Positions 43,106-55,374 of a stretch of DNA of 64,000 nucleotides are shown here, one piece after another (the first letter of the stretch is position 1; each line of letters opens with the position of its first letter). The DNA comes from Candidatus Gottesmanbacteria bacterium (GTDB taxonomy: Bacteria; Patescibacteriota; Microgenomatia; UBA10105; UBA927): positions 18,971-82,970 of the forward strand of contig CAVQFA010000003.1 in assembly GCA_963711735.1 (NCBI GenBank), given 5' to 3'. A program made the position numbers and the translations under genes. The notes under the pieces are model-generated. The model searched no databases, was not told the DNA's origin, and was given only the letters and a program-made list of their open reading frames with translations.

Positions 43106-44482
43106 TCAGAACAAACCCAGTTGTTCCTTGCTTTTATCCACAAGGGGTTTTTCTTCTCCCTCTTTCCAGATTTTAACAACGCCGAACACTCCGTCATACC
43201 CGGGATCAACGACTATATCACCCGCACGGACTTTCATAATTCCTGCGGCGATTCTGTCTCCGCCTTCACGGCTGATCTCTTCTTTCGATGCAGAGAGAAG
43301 AACTGTAAATTCACTGCCGAATGTATCCGTCAGTTTGGTATATATGGCCTGGGTCTTGGTACTTGCAACCGGTGATCCGATGCATTCAGAGATTATCTCC
43401 TGCAGAGGGACGAGGCTCACAAACAGCGGACGGTCGGGAAACGCATTGCTTTTTGTCATTTTCACCACTTCTCCTTTGTCCGAAAGTTTATAGCTCATGG
43501 ATGATATCTGCAATTCCTCTTCGCTTCTCCCGGACAGCTCTTCTACTCTCTGCATGACTCCCTGAGTAAGCGGCTTCCCGCATACCGGACAGGTTGTTCC
43601 TTTTTTTCTCACTTCCTCGAGTCCGTACCGGATATTACATGTCCTGTGTCCGGTATAGTGATACTTCCCCTCCTCCGGAAAAAATTCGATGGTATATGCA
43701 ACTTTTGCTTTCATCCCTTGAGTATCAGCTTTCATATGATGGCTGATTGCATCGTAAATATGCGAATAGCTGAAACCGGAGAGCCCGATACCGGTTTCAA
43801 ATACCGTTGCTTCCCTCCCGAGCTTGGGTCCTGAGTGTGCATCGGAAAAAGATACGATCGCCCGGCTGTCAAGTTCTTTTATGCGCCAGTTCATATCGGG
43901 GCTTGAAGACAATCCTGTTTCAACAGCATAAATGTGTTTGGCAAACGGACCGAACGCTTCATCGACCGATTCAAATCCGCTCATAAATCCGTACATGCTG
44001 AACCACGGAGTCCATATATGCGCGGGTATGATAAGCGCTTTAGGCTCTATTGTCAGGATAAGTTCTGATAATTCTATGCTTGTAAGTCCGATGATCGGAC
44101 GCCCGTCGCTTAGGAGATTACACCCCCTCTTTGTCATTTCTTTGTTTATTTTTCCGGCAGAATCCAAAGACGGCACCCATACGAGTGTATGCACCCTTCT
44201 CCCCTTTCCGTTCTGGCTATAAATACAGGAGATTTCAGTGGATAATAAAAAAAGCGGTTTTGTATTGTCAGTCTTATCCTGACGTAATGTGAAAAAGCCG
44301 TTTCCCGACTCCACCAGATCCTTCTCTATCTCGCGAAACCACATGGGGTGTGTAAAATCACCGGTTGCTATAAGATCAATCCCTTTCCTCCGCGCCCAGA
44401 GCGCTATATTCGGAAGCGTCATTTCCTTTGATACAGCCCGCGCAAACCTGGAGTGAAGATGAAGATCGGAAATTATTTGCAT
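43106..44482 (-). CDS. PHP-domain protein, endonuclease Q (EndoQ)-like
   Basis: N-terminal DLHLHSRFARAVSKEMT PHP motif and a C-terminal zinc ribbon CPVCGKPL. Confidence 0.6.
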   Translation of the reverse strand: MQIISDLHLHSRFARAVSKEMTLPNIALWARRKGIDLIATGDFTHPMWFREIEKDLVESGNGFFTLRQDKTDNTKPLFLLSTEISCIYSQNGKGRRVHTLVWVPSLDSAGKINKEMTKRGCNLLSDGRPIIGLTSIELSELILTIEPKALIIPAHIWTPWFSMYGFMSGFESVDEAFGPFAKHIYAVETGLSSSPDMNWRIKELDSRAIVSFSDAHSGPKLGREATVFETGIGLSGFSYSHIYDAISHHMKADTQGMKAKVAYTIEFFPEEGKYHYTGHRTCNIRYGLEEVRKKGTTCPVCGKPLTQGVMQRVEELSGRSEEELQISSMSYKLSDKGEVVKMTKSNAFPDRPLFVSLVPLQEIISECIGSPVASTKTQAIYTKLTDTFGSEFTVLLSASKEEISREGGDRIAAGIMKVRAGDIVVDPGYDGVFGVVKIWKEGEEKPLVDKSKEQLGLF

Positions 44483-44577
44483 GAGATAAACAAAAAATAC
44501 TGATACGCTTAGATATATACGATTTTTTGCAGTATGTCAGTATATGAGCGAAAAATCTGATTATCCGAAACTAATTT

Positions 44578-45402
44578 TTACTCAAACAGATCTTTCATCA
44601 GTTTCTTCAGTTTCAGCTCATATTTATTCAGTACCGTCTGTTTGAGTTGTTTCCTCTTCTTGTCATATACGTGCCCGCCCATGACGTAGCCCGGCATTTG
44701 CTTGAACGTTGTGTTTAAAAACAACACCGGTAACGCGGATTGTATATACTGTTGCAGTACTTTCATTGTTCCCTGCTTACGCATCCTCCGTAAAGACCAG
44801 ACACAGAGGGTTTCTTTGAGTATAGCAAGGGATATACCGGCTTTCCGAAGCCTCAGCCCGAAATCAACGTCTTCGTGGTATGCGTGTTCCTCGTCGTAAC
44901 CGCCGATCAGATCGTATGCACGGTGTGTAACGAGGGTCAGCGGTCCCGGAGACATTGGGCGGCGGAACCGTATCGACGCTTCGAGGATCAGGTTGCTCAG
45001 TGCCGTCAGCATTGCATCGCCATTTTCTTCCGAGTCGGGACGAAACCAGGTAGCGAGAAGCTCAGGATGATACCTATCTATATACAGTTTTACGCGCTCA
45101 AAAAAATACGGCAACAGAATACTGTCTGCATCGACAAATACCAACCATTCTCCGCCGGAATTTTTTGCACCCAAATTTCGCTGGAGCGGTAAACTGGCCT
45201 TCTTGCTGACAATAACTTTTAAATTCTTTATTTTCCCCTGAAATTCTCTGGCTTTCTCAACGGTTTTGTCTTTGGATGATCCGTCTACCACACAAACTTC
45301 AAAATCCTTATTGGTTTGTGCAGAAAGCGATGCGAGGAGTTGTGGTAAATAATTTTCTTCATTCAGTGTCGGAATGACTACGGAAAATGTTGCTTGTGTC
45401 AT
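44578..45402 (-). CDS. glycosyltransferase family 2
   Basis: FSVVIPTLNEENYLPQLLASL...VVDGSSKDKT and a DxD-like motif FVDADS. Confidence 0.8.
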   Translation of the reverse strand: MTQATFSVVIPTLNEENYLPQLLASLSAQTNKDFEVCVVDGSSKDKTVEKAREFQGKIKNLKVIVSKKASLPLQRNLGAKNSGGEWLVFVDADSILLPYFFERVKLYIDRYHPELLATWFRPDSEENGDAMLTALSNLILEASIRFRRPMSPGPLTLVTHRAYDLIGGYDEEHAYHEDVDFGLRLRKAGISLAILKETLCVWSLRRMRKQGTMKVLQQYIQSALPVLFLNTTFKQMPGYVMGGHVYDKKRKQLKQTVLNKYELKLKKLMKDLFE

Positions 45403-45445
45403 ATCTTAATGATGATTATACGGTAAAAAGACTCTGTTCTACAAT

Positions 45446-47197
45446 CTATTTTGAAAATGATGCGTTTTTCTGACTGAGATACATCCTGTCTATTTCTTTT
45501 GTTGATGTAACGTCGCGAATACCTTTGTCAGTGCGGATTCTGACAAGTCTCGGAAACCGTATCGCAATGCCGGCTCCGTGGTTTGACGACTTTGTCAGAT
45601 CATCTCCGGCTATTTCAACAATGAGCTGCGGCCGGATCCACACATCCGGCTCAAGGGATTTATTGACGTCTTTGTATTCTTTCGGCTTCTGGATAGTTTT
45701 CAGTTTTCCAAGCTTCAAGTGAAGGTCGCGCCATAGTTCATCAGATACTCCTGTTCCGACTTTAGTGACAGTGACAAAATCTTCTCCTTTTCGTATTCCG
45801 ACCAGAAAAGCTCCGATTCCGAAATCCGATCGTTTCCCTTCCCCGCGGTAATATCCCATGATTACACCGTCAATGGTATCGGTAAGTTTTCCTGTTTTTC
45901 CTTCTTCTTCCTTAAACTTAACCCAGGAATATCCGCGTCTTCCGGGTTCATACGGGCTCTCCCACTTTTTCACAACCGCCCCCTCCAATCCTTTTTTGAG
46001 CTGTTGGTCATGAAATGTCCGGAGTGTATCGGGATTGTCTGTAACGATTAAAGGAGAAAGCTCAAGCACATTACCCGGCAACACCGTTTCCTCCAGTATT
46101 TTCCGTCTAAGGGAGAGTGGTTGAGACAGGAGATCTTTCCCGTCTTTTACGAGAATATCAAATACATAAAAACGTATCGGAACCTGTGATGAAAATAAAT
46201 CGATCTGGTGTTTCCGTTTCCGTGTCGTAGTTTCCTGAAACGGGAGAATCCTGCCGGTTTTCGGATCCAATCCTACCGCTTCGCTGTCCAGAATTACTTC
46301 ATGGGCGTTGATTTGTTTTCCTATGCGGTCAAACTCCGGAAACATTCCCGTCGTATTTTCCAAATTCCGTGAAAAACTTTGAATTCTGAACTTTATATTT
46401 TGATTCCTGTTTTTTTGGAAATGTATCTGTGTCCGTACTCCGTCATATTTTGGTTCAACTGCCACAGTTCCCATTTTTTCTATCATCTCATCGGCTGTGG
46501 GTATCCGCTGACACAAAGATGCCAGTATCGGCGCACCGACTTTCGCTTTTACGATTCCCAGACCCTCCACTCCGCGCGCTTTTACCGCTTCGGCTATGTA
46601 AGAAATGTCAGGATGGACATTGTATGCATCTTCCAGTTGCATCCGGAGTGATTTATCACCATTCAGCATCCATGACAAGGCATCCAGAATTGTCATATCA
46701 GAAAATCCGAGACGCAGTTTGTCCAATGGAATCCGTGCAATGTAACGGGCTGAGAGAGGATCAACGTCAGAGAAAAGTTCAGCGAGAGCAATGATTTTGT
46801 TATCCTGCGATCCGGCACCGGCCATCTTCGTTATCGCCTGGAGCTTTTCAAAGACATCGGATATATTCAATCCTTTATGTGTCTGTTTGATGTACGATTT
46901 ATTCTTAATTTTTTCTGCAGCTATTCCCAGGTCCCCTGCTTTTTTAAATTCTTCCCAAACCGTTCGAACATCGGTGTTGCATGATACGGCAATAGCACGG
47001 ATCATCAATTTGTCCGCGATACCGAATTCTATGGGCTCATACAAAGGCGCCACGCGCCCCTGGAGGAGAAAACATATCTTCCCTATATCCCCTTTCCCGC
47101 TTTCTTTAAATAACCGGGCAAGCGTTTCGGTCATGGCAAGTCGGGATGAAGTGCCTTCAAGCTTCTGGAAGTATACGGATAATACCGAAAATGTCAT
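45446..47197 (-). CDS. lig: ATP-dependent DNA ligase (archaeal/eukaryotic Lig-type with an N-terminal DNA-binding domain)
   Basis: motif I EPKYDGVR (KxDGxR), adenylation and OB domains; 583 aa. Confidence 0.85.
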   Translation of the reverse strand: MTFSVLSVYFQKLEGTSSRLAMTETLARLFKESGKGDIGKICFLLQGRVAPLYEPIEFGIADKLMIRAIAVSCNTDVRTVWEEFKKAGDLGIAAEKIKNKSYIKQTHKGLNISDVFEKLQAITKMAGAGSQDNKIIALAELFSDVDPLSARYIARIPLDKLRLGFSDMTILDALSWMLNGDKSLRMQLEDAYNVHPDISYIAEAVKARGVEGLGIVKAKVGAPILASLCQRIPTADEMIEKMGTVAVEPKYDGVRTQIHFQKNRNQNIKFRIQSFSRNLENTTGMFPEFDRIGKQINAHEVILDSEAVGLDPKTGRILPFQETTTRKRKHQIDLFSSQVPIRFYVFDILVKDGKDLLSQPLSLRRKILEETVLPGNVLELSPLIVTDNPDTLRTFHDQQLKKGLEGAVVKKWESPYEPGRRGYSWVKFKEEEGKTGKLTDTIDGVIMGYYRGEGKRSDFGIGAFLVGIRKGEDFVTVTKVGTGVSDELWRDLHLKLGKLKTIQKPKEYKDVNKSLEPDVWIRPQLIVEIAGDDLTKSSNHGAGIAIRFPRLVRIRTDKGIRDVTSTKEIDRMYLSQKNASFSK

Positions 47198-47258
47198 CGA
47201 GGTCTATTATATCATCACAAGGTGATTTTACCGTGCAAGTTGAACGATAAGAAGTGTA

Positions 47259-47444
47259 TTAACGAATAAAGAGAAAGTATGTCGCAACGATAAGCCCGAC
47301 GAGAAACACCCCGAATCCCGTTGCAACTTTACCCTCAGCATCCCCTTTTGACATTTTCTCTATGCCCTGGGCAAGGACAACAAGGGCAAATCCCACCGGT
47401 ATGATGAGAAAAAGATATGTGAGTCCCTGTTTTGTAAAATCCAT
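47259..47444 (-). CDS. hypothetical small membrane protein (2 TM helices)
   Basis: 61-aa ORF with two hydrophobic helices. Confidence 0.3.
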   Translation of the reverse strand: MDFTKQGLTYLFLIIPVGFALVVLAQGIEKMSKGDAEGKVATGFGVFLVGLIVATYFLFIR

Positions 47445-47492
47445 AAATATTTATGTTTTTATAGTACATTAATGACAATATCAAACCCGCAT

Positions 47493-48542
47493 CTAATTCT
47501 TCAGCACATATTTCGCACCTTTTGTTGTGCCTTCCTTTTTCACTATACCCTTTTTGAGGAGGTCATTCAATTCCCGAAGAACGGTATCTTCGGAGATCAT
47601 AGGAAACAGCTCAAAAAAGGTTTTGTTCTGCAGAAATCCGTTTTCCTGGATAAATTCCACAATCTTGATCTGCCGCTCTGAAAGTGCTAACTGTTGCCCG
47701 CCGAGTGATTTTTTGATTTTAAGATCCGTAGAAAGCGACTTTACCTTATCTTTTATCCGCGTGAGCTCGATTGCAAGCCCTTCCGAAAAATACTCGAGCC
47801 ACGCTGTCTGATTGCCCTCCGCTTTCCCCACGCTCTGAAGTGCTTCATAGTAACTCACCGGCTCACGATCATAATGTTCCTCAAGGGAGAAAAACCGTTT
47901 GACGTCATATCCGTGCCGGAAAAGAACGAGTGTCGCAAGTGCCCGTGCGACCCGTCCGTTTCCGTCGAGGAAGGGGTGTATCCGGACAATTTCGTAATGT
48001 GCGATACCGGCAAGTATTGCGGAATGGATATCCTCACGTGTGATTGTATTCACCCAGTCGAGAAAATCGGCAATCAGAAACGGTACCTCGACAGACGGCG
48101 GAGGACGGAATGTTATCTCACCGGTTTGGGAATTTTTCACAACTACCTGTGTTTTACGGTATTCGCCGACCACCTCATCCGGTAGGATTCTGTGTGTGGT
48201 TAGTTCGTGGATGTGTTTTATGGTCTCTTCCGTAATAGTTTCCTTCTCGTACTCGGAAATAAACTTGAGGACGTTTCTGTAGTTGAGGACTTCCTGGATA
48301 TCGCGGTCACGTCCGACGATTTTAGCCCCGGCCAGCACTTTTTCAGCTTCCGTAAAGTTAAGCTCATTCCCTTCGATATGTGTCCCGTGATGGACGGTGC
48401 GGACGATTGCATCTTCCCGGAATTTAGCCTCCCATGCGGGCACGAGCGGGCTGTTTTCGATAACTTCCTTGGCAGCCTCTATGATGCCGACAGAACGGAG
48501 GAGCTTATTTGAAATGGAATAGATAGGAGTATACATACACAA
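47493..48542 (-). CDS. Fic/Doc-family protein (AMPylator-like) with a C-terminal winged-helix domain
   Basis: canonical HPFLDGNGRVARAL Fic motif. Confidence 0.85.
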   Translation of the reverse strand: MCMYTPIYSISNKLLRSVGIIEAAKEVIENSPLVPAWEAKFREDAIVRTVHHGTHIEGNELNFTEAEKVLAGAKIVGRDRDIQEVLNYRNVLKFISEYEKETITEETIKHIHELTTHRILPDEVVGEYRKTQVVVKNSQTGEITFRPPPSVEVPFLIADFLDWVNTITREDIHSAILAGIAHYEIVRIHPFLDGNGRVARALATLVLFRHGYDVKRFFSLEEHYDREPVSYYEALQSVGKAEGNQTAWLEYFSEGLAIELTRIKDKVKSLSTDLKIKKSLGGQQLALSERQIKIVEFIQENGFLQNKTFFELFPMISEDTVLRELNDLLKKGIVKKEGTTKGAKYVLKN

Positions 48543-48636
48543 AAAACGTACAACCTACAACCTGGAACTTACAACTCATTGAGTTGTTATTTCCCTTATA
48601 ATACCCGCATCATTCCCGAAAAGCAAGGTGGATTTG

Positions 48637-48837
48637 TTATTTCTTGGAGGTTTTTCGTGCCTGTACAAATTTTTTCTTTCCCTTTGCAACAGCATCTTCC
48701 GCTTTTCCCCATAGTTCCTTTATAGTCCCCTGTGCTTTCTTCCTCCGCTTTTCGTCGGAAAGGAATATTGCGACTGCACCTGCAGCAAGTGCGACTGTTG
48801 TGCCGATAATAAGTCCGATCCCTGTTTTTTTCTTCAT
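48637..48837 (-). CDS. hypothetical small membrane-anchored Lys-rich protein
   Basis: 66 aa, N-terminal TM helix, KK-rich tail. Confidence 0.3.
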   Translation of the reverse strand: MKKKTGIGLIIGTTVALAAGAVAIFLSDEKRRKKAQGTIKELWGKAEDAVAKGKKKFVQARKTSKK

Positions 48838-49019
48838 ATCATGTCCTCCTGGCAGTTATTGTGCCTTTCCTGCAGAAAAGAAAAATAAACGGATTACTCT
48901 CCCTTATTGCAGGACTACATCTATCATCCTCTATTGTGTGTATGTAGGTCAAGGTATACTGAGATGATATTCACGTTTGAAGAAACCGGCAGTCAGCAGA
49001 TATAATTTGATACTTAAGT

Positions 49020-50264
49020 TCATTCCGGCTGCTTTCTGAGTGCATCCCTTACCACCTTAAACTCATCCCATGGCTCTTCACCGTATCCGTAATTTATAGA
49101 CTTCTCGTGGCTCTTGCCTGTCAAAAACACAGTATCCCCTTTTCCCGCCTGGGAAATAGCAAACTCTATCGCCTCTTTTCTGTCCGGAATTTCAATAAGC
49201 GTTTTTTGTGCTTTTCTATTCATTATCCGCGAATCGTAATTCGTAAATCCTTTTATACCCGACCTTATTGCATTATTAATATCTTCTATTTTCTCATCTC
49301 TCGGATCTTCAGAGGTTAGAATGATGGTGTCGGAATATTTAGCCGACTCCAAACCCATCTCCGGGCGTTTCGTCGCATCCCGCTTTCCTGCGGACCCGAA
49401 TACATGGACCAGTTTTCCTTTTGTAATTTTTTTAATTTCCGGAAGAATTTTTGCAAATGCATTTGGTGTATGGGCAAAGTCGACAATCACGCGGAAATCT
49501 TTATCGTATACGACTTCCTGTCTTCCTTGTGGTGCCTGAAATGTCGCAAGTCCTTTTTTTATCAGAGAGTCATCGATACCAAGTGCCCGTACTGCACCTG
49601 TTGCAGCCAAACTATTCTGCTTGTTAAAGTCACCGATAAGTTGTGTTTTAAACGGAAACGTTTGTGGCGTCAATACGGCTCTTTTATCAGTAAGTGAGTA
49701 TGTAATAATATTCCTTCCTATAAGCCTCCTTTTCACATCTTCATACGATGCGTCATCCATATTGACGACAGATATATGTGCTTTCAGGAGAAGTCGCAAT
49801 TTTGCATCGACATACTCCCTGTACGTCTTATGATAATCCAGATGTTCATGCGTTATATTGGTAAGAACACCGATGCGGTAGTCAATTCCCCACACTCTGT
49901 ACTGATCAAGCGCGTGGGATGTGGTTTCCAAAACCAGATACTCGTTCCCGGCATCCGCTGCCCGCCGGATATACTTCTGAAGACCAAAAGGCGAAGGGGT
50001 GGTTACATGAAATCCGATATCATATTGATTTTCCCCGATATATGCGCCGATAGATGTTATCATTGCGACCTTCTTCCCTGCGCCCCTGAGAATGTGGTAA
50101 ATGAGGGATGTTGTCGTCGTCTTCCCGTCCGTCCCCGTCACACCGATAACCGTAAGTTTCCTCGAAGGAAATCCATACAGCACGTTTGCCATAATTGCCC
50201 GGAGTAAATGGAAATAGTTTTTCACTTTCTGCCACATAAGAATGATGGATGATACATTGAACAT
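49020..50264 (-). CDS. murE: Mur ligase, MurE-like (UDP-MurNAc-L-Ala-D-Glu--diamino acid ligase), short N-terminus
   Basis: GVTGTDGKTTTT P-loop, HEHLDYH, C-terminal Mur ligase domain (DRKEAIEFAISQAGKGDTVFLTGKSHE). Confidence 0.75.
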   Translation of the reverse strand: MFNVSSIILMWQKVKNYFHLLRAIMANVLYGFPSRKLTVIGVTGTDGKTTTTSLIYHILRGAGKKVAMITSIGAYIGENQYDIGFHVTTPSPFGLQKYIRRAADAGNEYLVLETTSHALDQYRVWGIDYRIGVLTNITHEHLDYHKTYREYVDAKLRLLLKAHISVVNMDDASYEDVKRRLIGRNIITYSLTDKRAVLTPQTFPFKTQLIGDFNKQNSLAATGAVRALGIDDSLIKKGLATFQAPQGRQEVVYDKDFRVIVDFAHTPNAFAKILPEIKKITKGKLVHVFGSAGKRDATKRPEMGLESAKYSDTIILTSEDPRDEKIEDINNAIRSGIKGFTNYDSRIMNRKAQKTLIEIPDRKEAIEFAISQAGKGDTVFLTGKSHEKSINYGYGEEPWDEFKVVRDALRKQPE

Positions 50265-50272
50265 CCAAATTA

Positions 50273-51644
<1,372 letters not shown>

Positions 51645-51654
51645 ATTTTCACCC

Positions 51655-52495
51655 TTATATCCGTATCAATTCACTCATCGTCTTTGGTATCTCGTTTGCG
51701 AGGTCTGTCGCGTTGAAGTATGGTCCGACGGTTTTATAGAGCGCATCCCCTGCTTTTTTATTTATATATGATCCTGCAATTGTTGCGAGATACGGATCGT
51801 TCTTTGTCGCAAGTGCAGCGATGAGTCCTGCAAGGACATCCCCTGTCCCGCCTTTGGTCATACCCGCATTCCCGCCTTCAATACTTCTGCTTTCCGTTTC
51901 CGAACACGCGATATCAATTTGTACCTTTGAGAAGAACTATACAATGGTATTTTTCTGCAAAACGTTTACACAAAGACCAGTGTTGAGTCAGGACATGTTT
52001 TCAAAATGTTCGCCGGCAAATCGTCGTCTCTGCCTACAAGGCCATGAAATTCTCCTTCATGAGGTGTCAGTATTGCGCTCTTGGGGATAAGCTGTATGTC
52101 CATCATCTGAAGTGCACCTGCGTCTATGACCCACTGTTTGTCGGATATGTCTTTAATAATCTGTCCGTCAGTGTTTTGGTCTCATTGTCGCGGGTCATAC
52201 CGGGGCCTATGAGGATACAATCATCCTCTTTAACATACTCATCCACCTGGTTTCGCGGTATGACTATTCCGTTGCGGAACTCCGATTTGGTACGTGCGAC
52301 TATTTCGTTATTTTCCGGAACGGATGCGTAGTGGACGAGATCTACGATCCGCGACGCGACAGTGAGAGCCCACAAACTCGCTGCGTGGAAAAGGTGTGAT
52401 CCGCCGATAATAAGCAGCCTACCGTTTTGTCCTTTATGTGAATCCCGTGGCGGAATATACAGGTTATGCAGATCTTTTTGTGTTACTTTTTTCAT
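51655..52495 (-). pseudogene. ADP-dependent (S)-NAD(P)H-hydrate dehydratase (YjeF C-terminal/Nnr carbohydrate-kinase domain) split by frameshifts
   Basis: N-terminal piece GQNGRLLIIGGS (52124..52495) and C-terminal GGTGDVLAGLIAAL (51655..51861); the middle is in other frames. Confidence 0.6.
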
Positions 52496-52510
52496 ACGTG
52501 TGTATCCTGT

Positions 52511-53653
52511 TTATGACGCTGATACCCGTATTATCTCATACGGTACGCCTGATTCGGAAATGAGCGCTATAGATTCTTCTTCTGCCGTCGTGAGTATTGT
52601 CTGTTGATTTTTAATAAGGGATAGTACGAGCTGCCGGTGTTTCGTATCCAACTCCGAAAATATATCGTCAAGGAGAAGAATCGGCCGGTCCTCCGCCCGC
52701 GTGAATATGAAGGAAAGCTCGGCAAGTTTTAGCCACAATACGCCTAACCTCTGTTCTCCTCTGGATCCGTATGTATTTAAATTTCGTGCTCCCGGCAATA
52801 CTGTATTTTCGTTGTTTACGATATTTTTTTGTTTTAGACGCGTGTGTCCGGGTTTCTGCTGTATGGTAAATATGATGTCATCCCTATGCGGTCCTACAAG
52901 CGTTGCACCCGCCTGTATCTCTTCATCTTTATACTCCATAAGCCGCATTTGGGATATCACGCTTTTGTCATACTCCAGTTGATAGAGAGTGCTCAGCGCC
53001 TGCATGCTTACCTCTGTTTGTGGCTGTTTATACGAGTTAACAAACTCAACAAACCGTGCCCGTGCATCAGTCAGATACCCTCCTGCCTGAATAAGAAGGT
53101 GATCCCAAAAAAGTAGCTGGCTTCGGGATGCTTCCCCGTCGCGAATCCGGTCCAGAAGCGAATTTCTTTGCCTCAAACCCCGCTCATACGATGCAAGGTT
53201 TCTCCGGTATTCACGGTCCACCTGTACAAGCACACTATCTAAATATTTCCGCCGGATACTCGGTGAATCCGTGACAAGTTCCAGATCTTCAGGACGGAAA
53301 ACGACAGCTCTCACGTTTCCCACAAAGTCGATTGCTCTTCGCGGTACGCCGTTAACCAGATATTTTTTAACCGGAGCTTTTTGCCCGCCGACAATTCCGC
53401 GGGTTAAAACGAGCTCCGCCTCATCTGCATCTGTTTTAGCTTTCACACGCGCAATATCCGTATCCCATGTAATCATTTCTTTGTCGCTTTCAGCCCTGAA
53501 ACTTTTGCCGGTTGCAGAGAGTGTTATTGCCTCAAGGATATTTGTTTTCCCGCTGGCGTTCGGTCCGAGGATAACTGTGACAAACGGATGGAAAGAGAAT
53601 ACTTGTTTTGTATAACTGCGGAAGTTAGAAAGTGATAGTGATGACAAAAGCAT
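52511..53653 (-). CDS. recF: DNA replication and repair protein RecF
   Basis: Walker A GPNASGKTNILEAI, signature and D-loop motifs, 380 aa. Confidence 0.9.
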   Translation of the reverse strand: MLLSSLSLSNFRSYTKQVFSFHPFVTVILGPNASGKTNILEAITLSATGKSFRAESDKEMITWDTDIARVKAKTDADEAELVLTRGIVGGQKAPVKKYLVNGVPRRAIDFVGNVRAVVFRPEDLELVTDSPSIRRKYLDSVLVQVDREYRRNLASYERGLRQRNSLLDRIRDGEASRSQLLFWDHLLIQAGGYLTDARARFVEFVNSYKQPQTEVSMQALSTLYQLEYDKSVISQMRLMEYKDEEIQAGATLVGPHRDDIIFTIQQKPGHTRLKQKNIVNNENTVLPGARNLNTYGSRGEQRLGVLWLKLAELSFIFTRAEDRPILLLDDIFSELDTKHRQLVLSLIKNQQTILTTAEEESIALISESGVPYEIIRVSAS

Positions 53654-53671
53654 ATACCATATGGTCTCTTT

Positions 53672-54409
53672 TTACCGAATTGTGGTTCCGACAAAGGGTT
53701 TTCCGTCCAATGCTTTTTCGAGGTTATCGAGGTTTCTGCCGTTGAGTATTTTTACCGTTACTCCGAGATCCCTCGCAAGTTTCGAAGCGATGGGGTCAAA
53801 CGGAAGATTCATGCCCGGTATCCACTTATCCCCTGCCATTCTGCAGTACTCCTTCCACCGTATTTCCTTTAAAGGTTTCGCATCCTTGTTTTTCCTCGGA
53901 TCTTTGTCGTATACCTGATCCACATTTGTCATGTTGATTGCAGTCTGTATCCCGTAATCCTGACACAGCGTTATTGCACAGTAATCCGTACTCCATCCCG
54001 GTTTCCAGCCTGCTGCAATAACGATTGGTTCATCAACTTTACGGATAATTTCATAGTGCTTTATAACATGCGAATGTGCGATATCACGGAAAATGACACG
54101 GATCATGTGGGCATTGAGGCGTGTCGCGTGGATACCGATCCAATCGAGATCCTCATTTTCAATCCTGGTTCCTATGACAGACTGGGCAGCCTGCTGGTAG
54201 AGCCGTGTTGTTGCTCCACCTCCGACGACCAAAAAAAATCTCCGTTTTTTTTCGGAGATTTGTTTGCGGAGGAATGTGTTGAGGGCGGTAAGAAATTCTG
54301 TATCAATTCCGCTTGAAGGGACGACGAGCGATCCTCCGAGCGATAAAATAAATGCGTTCTTCCCGACACTCATAATAAATTTGTCATTAAAAAAATTCGC
54401 GTGTATCAA
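53672..54409 (-). CDS. pyrH: amino-acid-kinase-family protein, UMP kinase-like (archaeal-type PyrH)
   Basis: LSLGGS and VVGGG motifs; ends ...FVGTTIR; paralog of 58348..59079. Confidence 0.6.
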   Translation of the reverse strand: MIHANFFNDKFIMSVGKNAFILSLGGSLVVPSSGIDTEFLTALNTFLRKQISEKKRRFFLVVGGGATTRLYQQAAQSVIGTRIENEDLDWIGIHATRLNAHMIRVIFRDIAHSHVIKHYEIIRKVDEPIVIAAGWKPGWSTDYCAITLCQDYGIQTAINMTNVDQVYDKDPRKNKDAKPLKEIRWKEYCRMAGDKWIPGMNLPFDPIASKLARDLGVTVKILNGRNLDNLEKALDGKPFVGTTIR

Positions 54410-54504
54410 ATACGCGTATTTTTATATGCTAACAGAAAAATGACGTTTGTCAAATCAGATCGTTTGAGTAATCTCTCTGGAAATCATCTCTGCAACAGAC
54501 AAAA

Positions 54505-55362
54505 TTACTTTTTTGCTTTCCGGTTTGTTCTGATGTCCTTCTTCTCAACCGTATCCGTTACTACAACTTCATCCACTCCCGATGCTTCTATCGCATCCTG
54601 GGCACCATCGACGTACAAATGATGGGTTGCCGCGACAGTCACGGTTTTCGCACCTTTCCCTTTGAGGAATTTCGTCGCTTCGGCAATTGTTCCGCCGGTG
54701 ACGATAAGATCGTCAATGATGATGATATCTGCATTTTCCACTGACCTCGTCATGCCCGATACTGTAATCCTGCCTGTAGTAAGATCCCGTTTTTTATCCA
54801 GGTAACAGATGGGTACCCCGAGTGTTTCGGCAAATGAGGATGATGATTTGACGGATCCGGCATCAGGCGCAACAACAACGGTAGTATTCTTTTTACGCAG
54901 TTGGAAATACTCTTCGAAGAGGGGTCGGGCGGTCAGGTTTACAACAGGTATATCAAAAAATCCTAAAATTGCGGGGTTATGAAGATCTATGGTGATGAGA
55001 CGTTTTAAAGGAACGGCTGATTGAAGAATTTTCGCGACAACCTTCACGGATAACGGCTCGCCGGAACGGAACACTTTATCCTGTTTGCTGTATGCAAGCC
55101 ACGGTATAACGGCAACAATAGGCGACGCACCCATGCGGGCAACTGCATCAGCAAGAAGTGCAAATTCTATGATGCGCCGGTCAACCGGTTCAGAAAGTGA
55201 TTGGATAATGACAGCAGGACCGCTTATCTGCTTTTCTCTCACCCACACTCTCGTTTCCCCATTTGCAAATATTGTTGTTTCGACTGTACCGCACGGTATT
55301 CCGGACTCATGATATAAACGCGCTGCAAGTAATGCACTGCCTGATCCGGAAAATATCTGCAT
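54505..55362 (-). CDS. prs: ribose-phosphate pyrophosphokinase (PRPP synthetase)
   Basis: N-terminal MQIFSGSGSALLA and PRPP-binding DDLIVTGGT. Confidence 0.9.
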   Translation of the reverse strand: MQIFSGSGSALLAARLYHESGIPCGTVETTIFANGETRVWVREKQISGPAVIIQSLSEPVDRRIIEFALLADAVARMGASPIVAVIPWLAYSKQDKVFRSGEPLSVKVVAKILQSAVPLKRLITIDLHNPAILGFFDIPVVNLTARPLFEEYFQLRKKNTTVVVAPDAGSVKSSSSFAETLGVPICYLDKKRDLTTGRITVSGMTRSVENADIIIIDDLIVTGGTIAEATKFLKGKGAKTVTVAATHHLYVDGAQDAIEASGVDEVVVTDTVEKKDIRTNRKAKK

Positions 55363-55374
55363 ATGTGAATTCCA

